Positions 1 to 14,200 of a stretch of 64,000 nt of DNA are shown piece after piece. The stretch's first letter is position 1. Each line of letters starts with the position of its first letter. The translations under genes and the position numbers were made by a program. The DNA is taken from the NCBI RefSeq assembly GCF_964355755.1, contig NC_092673.1:21759648-21823647 (forward strand), read 5' to 3'. The notes under the pieces are model-generated. The model worked only from the letters and a program-made list of their open reading frames with translations. It did not search any database and was not told the DNA's origin. The stretch is from Antedon mediterranea (taxonomy: Eukaryota; Animalia; Echinodermata).

Positions 1-712
1 AAGCAACAACAAAAAAAAAAAAAAAAAACTTTTAATCAAATACGTCCTTGAAACAAAAATGTTTTTTTTTTAAAATGATGGATATAGAAAATTATATAAC
101 GCCTATATTTCCATTAATCAAGTGTTTGAATTTAGGGATTGCAGACACGTTGGTGGCGCTCTCAATTTTAAACTCACTTACATAACTATGATATAACATA
201 ATTCAATTCACTTCAGGTTTATTAAAAATATAAGTGGCATTTCAGAATAGAGTAATCTGAATTGCGCCAAATTTATATTTTAATATACAGTAAAAAGTAT
301 AGCAATATATAAAATTCCATTTTAAAAGTTCATTCAAATAAAACATGTACAAATCTAACAATAAAAAAAATACATACAATACAAAACAAACTAACAATAC
401 TACATTTAGAATATTGCCAAAAAAATAATAATAATAATGTGATTTGTTTTGGCTATTTTCAATATAAAAAATGTAAAATTGTTTTGCGAATATTTAAAGT
501 ATTAAAAATAAGATGAATGATTTATGAAATAATTTGCATTAACTTTATTGGTTCAGTTGATGGTTTGTGTTTGAGTCAAAATGACAGAATGTTTTTTTCT
601 CATTATTATAACAGTAAAAAACCATTTTTCAATCTAATGATATTTTTTTGTCATTTAGATGCACGATATTCAACGTGGACTTAGAGAAACAAAAAATGTA
701 ATTCAATTCTAA

Positions 713-866
713 AGCTCTGTCTACACTATCAAACTTTATGTGACAAAAAAAAATGTGATGTGCCCATATATGGACATGATGTCATATTACTACCATATTT
801 TGACATATCAACACCAAATTTGGCCATACTACACTTTTTTTGTCAAACTAGTTTGATAGTGTAGAG
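713..866 (+). mobile_element. MITE family A (about 165 bp, TIR AGCTCTGTCTACACTATCAAAC, TAA/TTA flanks; PIF/Harbinger-Tourist-like)
   Basis: About 12 copies: 713-866, 1440-1656, 1871-2025, 22977-23143, 28565-28727, 28893-29043, 30390-30487, 34413-34545, 40708-40811, 41461-41580, 48627-48780 (plus 48925-48970), 51200-51361. Confidence 0.88.
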
Positions 867-1439
867 AAAAAAAACCAATAACATTTGAAATACTGCAAAC
901 ATAGTAAACTATTAATAACAGTGTTATTTATGTAAAAATTTTGTGAATTTTTATGCTAACTACTTTTGTCACGTAATAATTATTCAAGGATGCTTGTTCA
1001 TCCCTTTCTTTTTGCTACTTTTGTTCTATATATTATTTTCTCTGCAGTGATGAATATGAAGTTGAATAAATAAATAGTAAACATCTCTCGATGAAACATA
1101 GTTGTAGAATCGCATCACAAATAGAATCAATGAATCAACAAAGACAATTATTAGTTTCATAAATAACTGTCAAACTGGAACATAATGATATCTTTCTTGG
1201 CAACTTTGCATCAATCACTAGGAAAACTGTGCAACAAAGCTGCTGCCACTATGTTATATTAATCATCATAAATACAGCAATGTGTATTTTCACATTTGTA
1301 TGACAAAAAGTTGGTACTACAATCTTCCTTCTTTTTTTAAAATTTATTTTATTATTGAGACAAACGCTGAAAAAGTTGACATTGTTTGCACCATGAGTGT
1401 GTACCCTAAAGGCTTTCAAATGCATTGAACGGCATAGAA

Positions 1440-1656
1440 AGCTATGTATACACTATCAAACTAGTTTGACAAAAATGTGTCCAAATATGGTAGTGATATG
1501 GTCAAATATGGTAGTGATATGGTCAAATATGGTAGTGATATGTTCAAATATGGTAGTGATATGGTCAAATATGGTAGTGATATGACATCATCATGTCCAT
1601 ATATGGGCACATCACATTTCTTTGTCACATAAAGTTTGATAGTGTAGGCAAGCCTT
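1440..1656 (-). mobile_element. MITE family A copy with an internal 21-bp unit expanded to 5 copies
   Basis: TCAAATATGGTAGTGATATGG repeated 1482-1583; other copies have 2 units. Confidence 0.85.
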
Positions 1657-1699
1657 TAGGCATAATGTACAGTAGCTCACTTTCTATGGGAAAGAAAGA

Positions 1700-1832
1700 A
1701 AGTAGGAAAGTTGGGGAAGGAAGGAGTGGAGAGATGGTGTAGCAGCCTGGAAAGAGTGACGGTCAGTAACCCCTTGGAACAGGGAGAAAGCCGACTCAAA
1801 TAAAAGATGATGATGATCATGATGATGATGAC
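1700..1832 (+). mobile_element. Probable RTE-like LINE 3' remnant with (GAT)n tail
   Basis: Purine-rich segment ending AAGCCGACTCAAATAAAAGATGATGATGATCATGATGATGATG. Confidence 0.35.
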
Positions 1833-3829
1833 AATCACAGTTGGTCATAGTTCAGTGTTACCATCCCTTAAGCTCTGTCCACACTACCAAACTTTAAGTG
1901 AAAAAAACATGTGATGTGCCCATATATGGACATGATGATGTCATACGGTATCACTACCATATTTAAGCATTATCACTACCATATTTGGGCACATCACAAA
2001 CTAGTTTGATAGTGTAGACAGAGCTTTACTTTCATGTGTTCATCCAACACACATTTCACAACCATCTTTTTTTTATGCCTCGATAAATAGACCTTGAATA
2101 TTTTACAGTATGATTGTAACCAAACAAATAAGAAAAATATGCTTAAAATGAGAGGGAGTTTGATTGAAACTGTGAACGAGCTAGTACTATATAACATGTA
2201 AAGCAATGCTGCATATTAATTAATGAATGCCTCTCACAAAATGATCTACAGCTAACAAAAGGACAGTCATAAATTTTAAACATTTATTAGCCATGTATAG
2301 TACCAGTAACTAAAAAATCACCTGTCAGTCCCTAGCAACTTGACCTCATATGCTAATTAGGAAGCATTCAAAGGTCAAACTACCCCTAACTACTATTGCC
2401 AGTTATATTACAGTAGTCAATCTTTGTTCTTTAAGATCATACTGTAAGGATTTTAAGATCATACTAAAGGACTGTATGAATCCAGTTGCATCTGATATTC
2501 AGTAACAATTCTAAATATATATATTCTATATTGTCCCCTAATAAAAAAATCATTTTTAAAATTTGATTTGTTGAAAATGCAAATTTATTGTCACATAATA
2601 ATTGACAAAAAACTCGATCGAAAAAAAAAAAAAAAATGTTCCCCTGAAAAAAATGAATGTAATTTAAAGCAAAATATACCTAAATTGTCTGTCAGACAAT
2701 TGTTTTTGGTTAAAATTAACCATTTCTTTTGTCATTTTATAAGTGAAAACATTATTTTTTTTTATACGAAAGTGATTAACTTTATTAAAACTACAAAATA
2801 ACATATTCAAAGTCTGATTTAATTAATCTTCATTTTTCATGTTTTTGGGGTCAATACATCTTTAAATATTAATTTACCCATGACATTATTTTTGTTTAAG
2901 AGTGTATCAATGGTATTTGTATCTGTCAAAGGTTTTATTGATTTCAACTTTTATTGATATATTGGTTGTTTGGATCTTTCTAAATGGCTCAATTTGACCG
3001 TCTAATTTGAACATCTAATTTGACCGTTTAATTGAACTAGAGTATTCTGAAATCATAATGGGTCTACTTGTAAAGTATAGACATAAAATACTCACTGCTT
3101 TACTGTGTGAACAGGCACTAAGCACAGGTCAAATATTTTAGTTTCATTGCGTTTTCTAATTTTCTGGTACATTAAGTAGCCAAATAATACTAGCAGCTTA
3201 TTTAGAATTTATTACAGATTAAACTACCATATTTTATACTCAATATTAAAAAAGATATTATACACCAATATCTTTGACATCCTATAGTATAATGAATTTT
3301 ATATATGAATTTTTGTTTAATATTTGTCAATCTTTGTCAATATAAATTTCTATTGTTATTTTATTATGATAATGGACAAATAAAGCATTTCAGTATATTA
3401 ACAAGATCACAAATGCATTTCAATTTTTAATTTAGTACAAATGATGTAATACACTTACAGTACTTAAACATTTAACAACATTATTAAATTGTAGTTTGTT
3501 TTAGAAATAGAAGAAGGAGAATAATTTCATCTAATTCATGTAGAAACCATCATTTTATTAATTATTTAACACACATTATACACAACGTTGTCCTTGGTAT
3601 GTGTTGTTTTCCGTCACCTATTAATAACACCGTTTGTGTGACCCAAGTGTCTATTTTACATTGAATATATTATCAGTTGTTCAGGATTTCATGCATCTAT
3701 CCATTTAGCTGCCATTTTTACTATATTTTATTAGCTTTTGTTTAATCCCAGTAGGAGCCCACAAAAGAAGACAGAGCTATGGATATTGTAAGGAGCCTTT
3801 AAAAGAAGAAGAGGAAGGGAGACTGTTAA

Positions 3830-4690
3830 AAGCCTTGAAAGGAAGGGGCAGGGAATACCGCGACAGTAGTGTTCTCGAAAGAAGATTGGGCAGGGGAGAC
3901 TGTACTTAATAAAAGAAGTTGGGGCAGGGGAGACTGTACTTAACCTATAAAAGACTGGGAAAGGAAGACTGTACATAGCCTATATTAAAAGAGGACTGGG
4001 CAGGGGAGACTGTACATAGCCTATATTAAAAGAGTACTGGGCAGGGGAGACTGTACATAGCCTATAAAAGAAGACTGGGCAGGGGAGACTGTACATAACC
4101 TATAGAAGAAGATGGGGCAAGAGAGACTGTACATAGCCTATATTAAAAGATGACTGGGCAGGGGAGACTGTACATAGCCTATAAAAGAAGATGAGGCAGG
4201 GGAGACTGTACATAGCCTATAAAAGAATGGGGCAGGGGAGACTGTACATACAGTAGCCTGTAAAAGAAGATGGGGCAGGGGAGACTGTACATAGCCTATA
4301 TTAAAAGAGGACTGGGCAGGGGAGACTGTACATAGCCTATAAAAGAAGATGGGGCAGGGGAGACTGTACATAGCCTATAAAAGAGGACTGGGCAGGGAAG
4401 ACTGTACATAGCCTATAAAAGAGGACTGGGCAGGGGAGACTGTACATAGCCTATATTAAAAGAGGACTGGGCAGGGGAGACTGTACATAACCTATATTAA
4501 AAGATGACTGGGCAGGGGAGACTGTACAGTACATAGCCTATAAAAGAAGATGGGGCAGGGGAGACTGTACATAGCCTATAAAAGAAGATGGGGCAGGGGA
4601 GACTGTACATAGCCTATATTAAAAGAGGACTGGGCAGGGGAGACTGTACATAACCTATAAAAGAAGATGGGGCAGGGAGGACTGGGGACT
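3830..4690. repeat. Purine-rich 39-42-bp minisatellite, about 20 copies
   Basis: Unit AAAAGAAGATGGGGCAGGGGAGACTGTACATAGCCTAT(ATT) with degenerate edges. Confidence 0.95.
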
Positions 4691-5289
4691 AAGAAGAAGA
4701 CCATCAGCTCTTGAGTACAATGGTCTTCATGTTTGAACATCAAGCTAATGATCTGGTTGACATTAAATTAAGTGTTAAATTGTCACCACGAGTTAAAGTA
4801 TATTTAATATTTTGGATATCAGAACCTTTAATATTTAAAATAAATCTGTGTAAGCATACAGTATCTAAACGTAGAAAGCCGGGAGTAAAGTCCATATTTA
4901 TTGCATTCAACATTCTTTACAGTATTAACGTTTCTCTTACTACAGACACTTTGCCTTTGGACTACTGTAGTGGCCAATTACTGATTAATGAATTATATGC
5001 CCCAAGAAATATTTGACTTATTATTTATTTTAAACTGCAGATAAGTTTTATTGATTCAAGCTTTATTCTGACGTTTGTTACAAATTGCATTTTACGTTAT
5101 TCTTATAATATATTAGGATTAAATTTGATATAATATTATGTTAAAACAAAAACCTTCATCATAATGGTCTCATTTAAAATCCAGATGATATTAACTGGAG
5201 GTCATAAAAGATGAACATGTTTATTGATGAAATATTGTGATAAAAAAACGGCTCAGATCACTTTTGCGAGATGCTGTTATTGTACCTAC

Positions 5290-8200
5290 CGTTAAAGGGC
5301 GTTATCCTCTTCACCGATTCCACCCCATAAAGCTCCTTTACAACACACTCAAATCCTACGAGAAAAAAAACCAACAATAAGATATTAGAGAAGCTTAAGG
5401 GTACAAGAGATAATTGGAAAGCATAGGTTTCACTGTCAAGGACATACATGCTGATTTATAGATATTCCCTTCATAGTCATTACTACTACACACTGTATTC
5501 AAATATGTTCATTAACATTTTGCCAATACAACCCATCAAAATATCAAAAATTTATAAAGTCTGCAGAAAAACAAAATTACTTTCACTGAGCCGTATGAAT
5601 TATGTCACACCGAAGAACAATAACTTGTTTGTCAGTTTTAAAGAATGCAAAATCTTTGTTATAAATAAAATGCTATCAAATGTAGTATGATGTAATTATT
5701 AATTCATAGTGTACATTACTTTATCAAAGACATACAGTAAATTATAAATAAACCATCCAATTGTATCTTTTGTACATTTTGGCATCGTGTTGATATAATG
5801 CACTAATCATCCTTGTGTGTTATTCTGAGTTTGTGAAGACAAAACTGCTTACATAGGGAGAGGGTGTGGATTGGTTACACCCCTCCTTTTGGCCTCTGGG
5901 GCTGATCTGTTTTGAACATGTTGGAAGAATAGAGCTGTCACTGTACATTGTAGGTCGCCGGAAATTGTACTTATACATTTATATGAAATAAAATTATAAG
6001 TCTACAAAACCATCCCACCATGGTTGGGGTGGAGCTAAGACAATTTTGAAAAATAGAGCCTACTGTACGCCCTGACGCGCACAGACACTTTGCAGGAAAA
6101 TTACTCAAAAACCAAGCAACTAAATTGAGAAAGAGCAATATTTAGCCCACTAATTCTGAGTAAGGTATATAGCAGTGCAGTTACATAACCAAAGGGCTGT
6201 AAAACCGAATTATTGTAAAGTTGTTTATTAGGGCAATTAAAGCTTCCAACACTGTGCAAGTGAGCAAAAAAGTTGCACAAGTGAGTGAGGATACAGCATT
6301 AAAGGCAATTCATGCTCACTCAATAAATTTAGCCTAAGACACCGATTTGACTCTCAGATTTTATTATACAGTAGCATATGAATCCACCTAAAAAAGACAG
6401 AACTGTGCTGAAGTAGGTACAGAAGTTTTGCTTGCCATGATTATTATGAGAAAAGGAGGCTTTTCACTGATATTAACACACATAATAAACTTCATATACT
6501 ATAGTCTACCAGGCATTCGGGCGAGAAAAAAAATATGCGGACTGATACCTTTGATAACTTTCTTTTATCTTTCATCAAAACGTTATACGGTTACGCTTCT
6601 GAATAAACAAGATTATATGACTGACTGACAATGATATGACAAGTACTGAAATTTAGAGAAATATTAATATCACCTTAAGGTGTAATATGTGCATGTCAAA
6701 CAACAGAAGAGAAAATTTAAAAATAAATTGATATCAAACAATAACAAGTATTATGTGTATACAGTAGTGATAGAATTTCTATTGTTAAAGAAATTGAACA
6801 GAAATTTTAGAACATTTATTTAAGAAAACTATATAATTATAAACCAAATAAAAAAAAGAAAAAAAAAAAAGAAAAATGTAGACTTTAGCACAATAACAAA
6901 CCCTCCTGCCCAAAACAGAAAAATATAGAAACAAATCGTGGAAAGCGTACTGTAATGTCGGAAAACGTTTCAAGAGACATTTACTAATTTTAATATAAAA
7001 ATATAAAATGTTAATAAAAATTATATATTTTCAAAGTTATTTTTCAATATCATCATTATTAAATTAGGGTTAAAAAAAAATATAAAATGTTAATAAAAAT
7101 AAAAAATGTTAATAAAAATAATATATTTTCAAAGTTATTTTTCAATATCATCATTATTAAATTAGGGTTAAACTACGTTTATCTCCTTGATTAATTGTAA
7201 ATATCAATACTAAACTATTTATGATCTGCCCCAAGTTTCTGCTAATTCTATATTTTTTTCGTAACAGAACACACTTTGAAAACGATGAACAGAATAAAAT
7301 GAAACACCATGTTTAGTTTAGGGATACACATAAAACCTTTTATTGTTTTTTCCCTTAATTTTGTTCTGGTTTAAAACGACAAACGGAAATAATAAGCATT
7401 CAAGGAGGAAATTAAAATTATAAAATTTGTAATTCCATAGAAAAGGGTACAGAGTCGTAAAGTGGAAAATTAACCATATTTTTTGTCGTCTTCGGAAAAG
7501 ATAAGATTCTCATGGGGGGAACTGTAATAACTATTAGAATTTTAATAAATAGCAAATACGTCAGTTCATCTTCCTGTCCTCAAATGACCCTCAGGGGTCA
7601 AGGGTAACGATGGTATTATTTTTTACAATTGTCTAAGTAGCAATGACCTACTGAACATGTTTTAATTTAATTATTATAACTTAATTAAACAGTAACATTC
7701 AACCAATAATGACGGCAATGGAGTATTTTTTAGTGTGATGTACAGTAGGCTGTTTTCGGAATGAGTAAACATAAAAAATACTATACTATCCAGTATTATA
7801 TTATAGCCTACCTTCTAAATAAAATTCTTTTTTTTTTAAAACTAATTTGGAATGTTATTGTTATACACACACAATTAATGTAAATTTTAAATTGATGTAC
7901 AAGGGGTAAAACTTATTTTCTCACACTATCCATTATTATACTGTACTGTATCCTGCCTTATATATAAAATAAATCGTCATAGTAAATTCAATATTGGCAG
8001 TTCCATGCATTAACATTAATATTTTTACTACTGTATATCATTTTGTTTAAAGGTTCAACTGCAAACAAAGGTAACATTATGTTCTCATTGTCATAGCTAG
8101 AATTACATCAAAATGATACAATCAAACACAAGTGCCTCTTTAAAGTTTAAAGAATTCCTAGCATGTATTGACGAACCTATAAATCAAATATGTAGTAATG

Positions 8201-11200
8201 GTGAATGTCTGGAGAGCATGCATGAACTACAAGTCCCTAGTTCAATTGTATGTGAGAGACAGAACTACTGTACTGTAATGACAACAAATTATACAAAAAC
8301 TCACAGATCAAATGTTGATGAAAAGAAATATATTGAACTAAAATCAATTTGTACAGAATTTAAAAAAAAAGGAAAAATATTGAAATAAAAGTCAAATTAC
8401 TGAATTATCTTGACCAACTACCAATGTAAGAAGACAAAAAGGCATTAATTAACTAATTATTAAAATGAGTTTAAATTAACTTTTTATGATCAATTGTTTC
8501 TTAAACTAAAACGTAGGAAACCACACATAGGGCCTGTTTCTGCTGCAACTGCTCAAAATACGGTATAAAAATACGGTATAAAATACGGTATTTTTTATAC
8601 CGTATTTTTTAGTACCCCGTTTCTGCTAACAATACTTCTTTGGTGGTCGTGTTAAATTTCCTTTTTTTTACCCAAATTGCCATTCATTTATTTGATCGAT
8701 AATTAAAAGTCGCAATAAAGGAAGTTTTACGTCTCACTTTCAACAGCCTAGCCCTAGTGATAGAGATGTTGTGAGAGCACAGAAAACATCGTAATGGGGA
8801 CAATTAATTCGTTCCCTCCCCAAGTTATTGTATTTTGCAATGTTGTACTGCTTTTGCAGGCTCTTCAGCTTTGAGTTTACTTGCTTTGGAGACAAGTCTA
8901 TTCCATACTCCTGCTTTATTTTTTTAGAAATGTCTTTATAAATGTGGTTGTCCCTTTTATTACCTTTTAGTTGGCCAGACATTTTAGCTTCCCCACACCA
9001 ATTTTTTTTTATTAAAACTGTGACGTCTTCGCTCCACATTTTCGCCGAATATATATATACACATGTGTAAAACAGCTGACAGCGACAGAAAATAAAAATA
9101 CGAATGTTGACCTTTTGTCATGTAAAAAAAAAATACGGTATTTTTTATTGGCAGCAGAAACGGGTACAAAAAATACGGTATAAATTTGTAAATACCGTAT
9201 TTTATCCACAAATTTTGTGGGGAAAATATGGTATACAAAATACGGTATATTTTTTATGAGCGCAGTTTCTGCTGCCAAAAATATACTGTATATATACGGT
9301 ATTAAAAAAATACCGTATAATATACGGTATTTAGTTGGCAGCAGAAACAGGGCCATTCTGGACCAATAATACAATGTGAATAATGTTTACCGTTATTTGG
9401 ATTAATAATATTTATAATATTCTTTTTTCAACATCTATAAATTGAGAGGTTTTATAAAATGTGTACATTTTAATTTCAATGTAAACATTACTGTACAGCA
9501 ACAAGAACTCTGCAGTAGTTGGTAATTTCAATTTGTACTGTGCAATAAAAGATAGAAATAAAAAGCAAAGAATTAAAAAGAAAAGTCAAAATAATACAAG
9601 AGGTCTTTGGCTTTTTGCTAATAAAACGCTTCAATCTCTGGAGACTGTTTACATACAAGTTTTGAGTGCGAAAGGATGTGTGAATTGACTAAAAGCCCTA
9701 TTGCAAACCCCATAGGGAGACCCCCATTTCCTGTAAAAGACTCACCAATGATCAATGTGCTTCAAAAAGACAAATCGAGAAACAACTCTCATTTTGTCTT
9801 TTCGATTAAATTTACTGCAAATGATTATGTAATTTATACCAAATAATAATATACATCCTTGATCACGAAAAAGTACAGTATTCTAAAGGTGATTTCACCT
9901 ATAATGTTTTAAAAATTCATTTTAGTATAGAAAACTTATAAATGCTAAGTACTGTATGTGGCATCAAACAACACTATTTAAGAGGATGTTTAACTACCAT
10001 AACAGTAGTAACAATGCAAATCCTGTTTTTAAAACAATATAAATATATCGTTTGTTATAACAGTAAACAAGGTCACAAAAATTGATTGTGTTTTGTGACA
10101 TTAACATGATATAAAACGGTCTGCCCTCTTCACTGGGCATCCTGTCGGTTATATCGTGAACCTGCGAGAAGGCCCGCAAGGAAAGGGTGGAGATTCCTGC
10201 TTATCTGAGTCACTCTCAAATTTTGGGGGTCACATATGATATAAGGATTATACACAATTTGCTTCTAATTACAACTTTCCTTATATCGGCAAGAACATTT
10301 TTGCTATCATATAAATTGTGCGAATCACTCTTGTTGTCAAGTACGATATAAGCCTTTTACGAAACTATCAATCAAAATAATTGTCGTTGATAATTCCATC
10401 TTGGGTTGTAAACGAAAACGAAAACTGCAATTTCATGACCAAGTTATCATCAATCAGATATTTCTTAATATCCATTAGAAAAATGAATGTGTGGCCTATG
10501 GCCTTTGGCATTTGGTAGGCTTTAAACTGAGTAGACATTTACTTAAATGATTTTCTAAAATGAATAATTTGATGTTTTATCAAAGAAGAATGGGCCATTT
10601 ATAAATATTCAAATTCAGAATAATTAGTTTTAATTTAATAAAACTGATCAATTGAAATGCTTTAATCTATTATAACATTTAAATTATTGGTTTTATACTG
10701 ATTTACATTTATATTTAAAATTAAAAAACAGTTTTTAACCAAAATCCTTGTGGATTCCAAAAAGGTAGATTTACTATTTCTATAAAGCACATACATATTT
10801 TTGTGTTATAAAACCTGTTTGCAAGTTTGCATAATATAAAATATATAAATAAATAAAAATAAAATCACTATGAAAGTAATCTTCATCTGGTGCAAACATT
10901 AATTTTGGGTTAGGCATCTTTAAACACCTGCATTTTAAACACTTGGATACAGTACTCCTACTGTTAGTACAGTATTAACAATCAACATGGGGGATACCTA
11001 TGGAAACAAGCTCTAGAGCTGATAGAGTTATCCTCTTGCTCTCATCTTGTCATGAGTATACAGTATACATGGCCTAAATGGGTTTTTCTGGCCAGTCAGT
11101 TAAAAATAAACTTATACTGTAATGGTCAAATACCAAGATACTAAGTATATCTTGGTATTTGACCATTACAGTATAAGTTTATTTTTAACTGACCGGCCAG

Positions 11201-14200
11201 AAAAACCCAAGTATTACTTGGCAGTAAAGATCTACTGACAATGATTTACAGGTACTACTGTGGAGATCTGCTGTACTGTGATGTCTTGTATTGCAGCTAG
11301 AATTTATCACTTTTTAATATATTTCTTCTTAATATTTAAAAATTGATAAAAACTATCTATAATTTAAATTTTGAATGAATAACATGATAATGATGAGGAC
11401 ATGATAACACTGCCAGTATTGTAATTTACTATAGGATTCCATAATATCAAATCTAAATGGCATCACCATGATTTTAAAAAGATCTAAAAATAGTTTACAT
11501 ATTATTATAAATGCTAAATTATATGATGTAAAATATGTAGGAACAAGGTCAAGTTTGCCGACATTCACTACTGTATGTGACACGTCGTTGTGTTGATGAG
11601 GTTTTACCATACTTAGCTACAGTTGACTCACTGATTACATAAAAACATGTTTTGATTCCACAAATCTTAAGTTAATATCTTTGACTGGTTTAAGATGGTC
11701 ATGTGATCAGCATTATTAGATTAGCATGATATGATATTAAAAGTGATATTTGTCTGTTGTCTCCAAAACTTCTTTCTCACTGTCATCTATTAATCAGATT
11801 ATCTGTAATGTCATTGGTCAATAGAATGTTGACACGACCTAGTACCCAGTGCCATTCATTAAATTCAATCTAAATATTAGGGAGCTTTCAATATTGGGAA
11901 GAACAACGACCTACAGTAACTACTGTAGGTCTGATATAATAATGTGTCGTTGGTCATCATATGGACCTACTGTAGAAACTATCAAAACTGTATATGAGGG
12001 GGGGGGGGGGCAGTGTGGTGCGAAGAACCACATCGCAATATCTCCGCATGCGCACAATGAATTAACAAGACGTAGTTTGTTTGTCGCAAATCAAAAGCTC
12101 CCTACTAATAATAGAGAGGTTTTCAGATTAATTTCATACATAGTTTGTAATTGGTATGTTATGTACTGTATAGTGTTCTCTGAAACCACATTTGTTTGTG
12201 CCTCTATACTTTTAATAATACTACTACTGTATGTCAGTAGTACAGTGGATGCACTGTACTATGATAAATGCGGCCCAAACAAAGCTATACTGGGATTGGA
12301 ATTATACAAACAGCTGGAACAGGGGCTAAATTTGACACCAGGGTACAGTAGCCCCCTGGGTCTTTAGAGTCCACACAAGATATGTACTTTACACTGGACC
12401 TCCATTTTATGTTGTTAACCTTTGGTGGAGAACAGTCTGAAACAAGCGCTGATTTTATAGTTATATGTTGCAGTGCTCAGCGCTGCAGAGCCATTACCTT
12501 ACAGTAACCACTTGGTCACTCAACTTTAATACCCAATTGTGTTTTTTAACTATGATTATCGTCTTCGATTTGTGACAGAGACTCAAAGTTATATTAAAGC
12601 AATTGAACAATACTATTACTGTTCATTTGATATAGAAATAATTAGCTGAACTCTTGATATTAATGTAATTACATCTGCAGGGTAAGAAACATAAATAGAT
12701 TTTAATGATTGAATTATACAACCAGGGGAAACAAATAAGTAAAGACTTAACTGTAACAATAGGAATGGTAAACAATGAAGAGGTACAATGGCTTCAACCA
12801 ACAAAATAAATAAACGCTTTTTGTTCTGGAAACAAAACAAATAAAGAATTTGGAGAACTTTACTGTCATATTAAAACACCAATAATTAACACAATAAATA
12901 TATTGAGTATTTGCTGGGTTTAACAATGAAAATGTATTTAATTAATATAGAAATAAAAAAAAAGTGTTCTATTTGGACTTGCAAACAAGGGTCAGTATAG
13001 GATGTTGTTACTTTAAATAGGTCTACAGAAGGGCTATCTGATAGTCACAGAGTGTCAACATTAATTTGTTTCTTTAAGTTTTTGCATGAATCATGGGTGA
13101 TATGATGGGCATAGTCATGTACTGTCTAGCATTTTGAGTTGTGTCGGCTTGAACTTGAAATATAGGGAGGGGCGGGAAGAGAGAGGGGTAATAATTTATC
13201 ATTACAAACATCAAACTAAGGTGCTTTAATAAGAAATATTATTATTATATTATAAGAAATTAGCAACGCCAATCTTCTTAGCAAAAACAATTGATGTAAT
13301 ACCCAAGGTACTGTACTGTATAGTTAATACTGAACGAGGCTGGGTAATGTACTGTATGTGTATTATAGGTGAAAATTAATTATTTCATTAAGACTCTAGA
13401 GTAAAACTTTGCTATACGTACAATAATAAAATATGCTATAACTTCTGCGAAGAGAGTACATAAATCGTGGCTTGTAACAACTAGGTCACCCCTTCACTAA
13501 TAATAATTTATCTTACATGATATTATCGCAAAATGTAATTTATCGTTAAACTGACCTCGTCCTAATAATGTTGATAGTAAGCAATACAATTAAATTTAAT
13601 GCCGATTCAAACAATGTTGTGCAACAATGTATGTTATGTTGTGCTAACCTCTATAATAGATTCATATATTTATATTCGATACATTGTTATTGTACGAGGC
13701 AAACAAGCTGAATGTTGCTCGTTTTTTTAATGGTATGTTGTTTTAATAATGCTAACTTTAACTTCGCTATCATACAAAATGTTAATAATAGTATGTGTCA
13801 AATGTTAGCATTCTAGAGGCTCATACGCCCAGGAAAGGGGGGGGGGGGGGTTTAAGAATCCCCACCCAAAATTTCTTCTTTAGCCACAGTTTTTTTGAAA
13901 ATGAATCTCCTCACCCCCATCTGCCCCCCCCCCCCCCCCAATCAACAACCCATCGTCCAGGCTTGCACAATGAAAAAGACATCTGTATACTGTAGGTTGA
14001 GAATTTTTTCTTTTTAATTGAAATTACACAAACCAATGGTGGTGTTTGTAGTCTATATGAGTGCCGTTTACCTGGATAAACCACCCTCCCGCTGTCCTCG
14101 TAGTCATGTAAGCAAAATGACGACAGTGGTATGCTGGAACGTCCCCACATGAGGGCATGGTTGAGAACTAGTCCATTATGGCACAAGGGTGTACTAAGAA

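Noticed and set aside
1-5289. Further LCORL exons
   Set aside because: No segment with the expected W...CxFC motif and splice sites found by eye; a small exon could have been missed.
8113-8388. 91-aa Cys-rich ORF, possible transposase relic
   Set aside because: No motif I can assign with confidence.
8740-9039. Orthologue of MSANTD1, the vertebrate HTT neighbour
   Set aside because: Lies within TIRs inside an intron and is truncated; transposon cargo is simpler.
11849-12367. 172-aa ORF
   Set aside because: GTG start, crosses a G-run and a probable MITE (AGGGAGCTTT ends 11879-12103), no recognisable domain.
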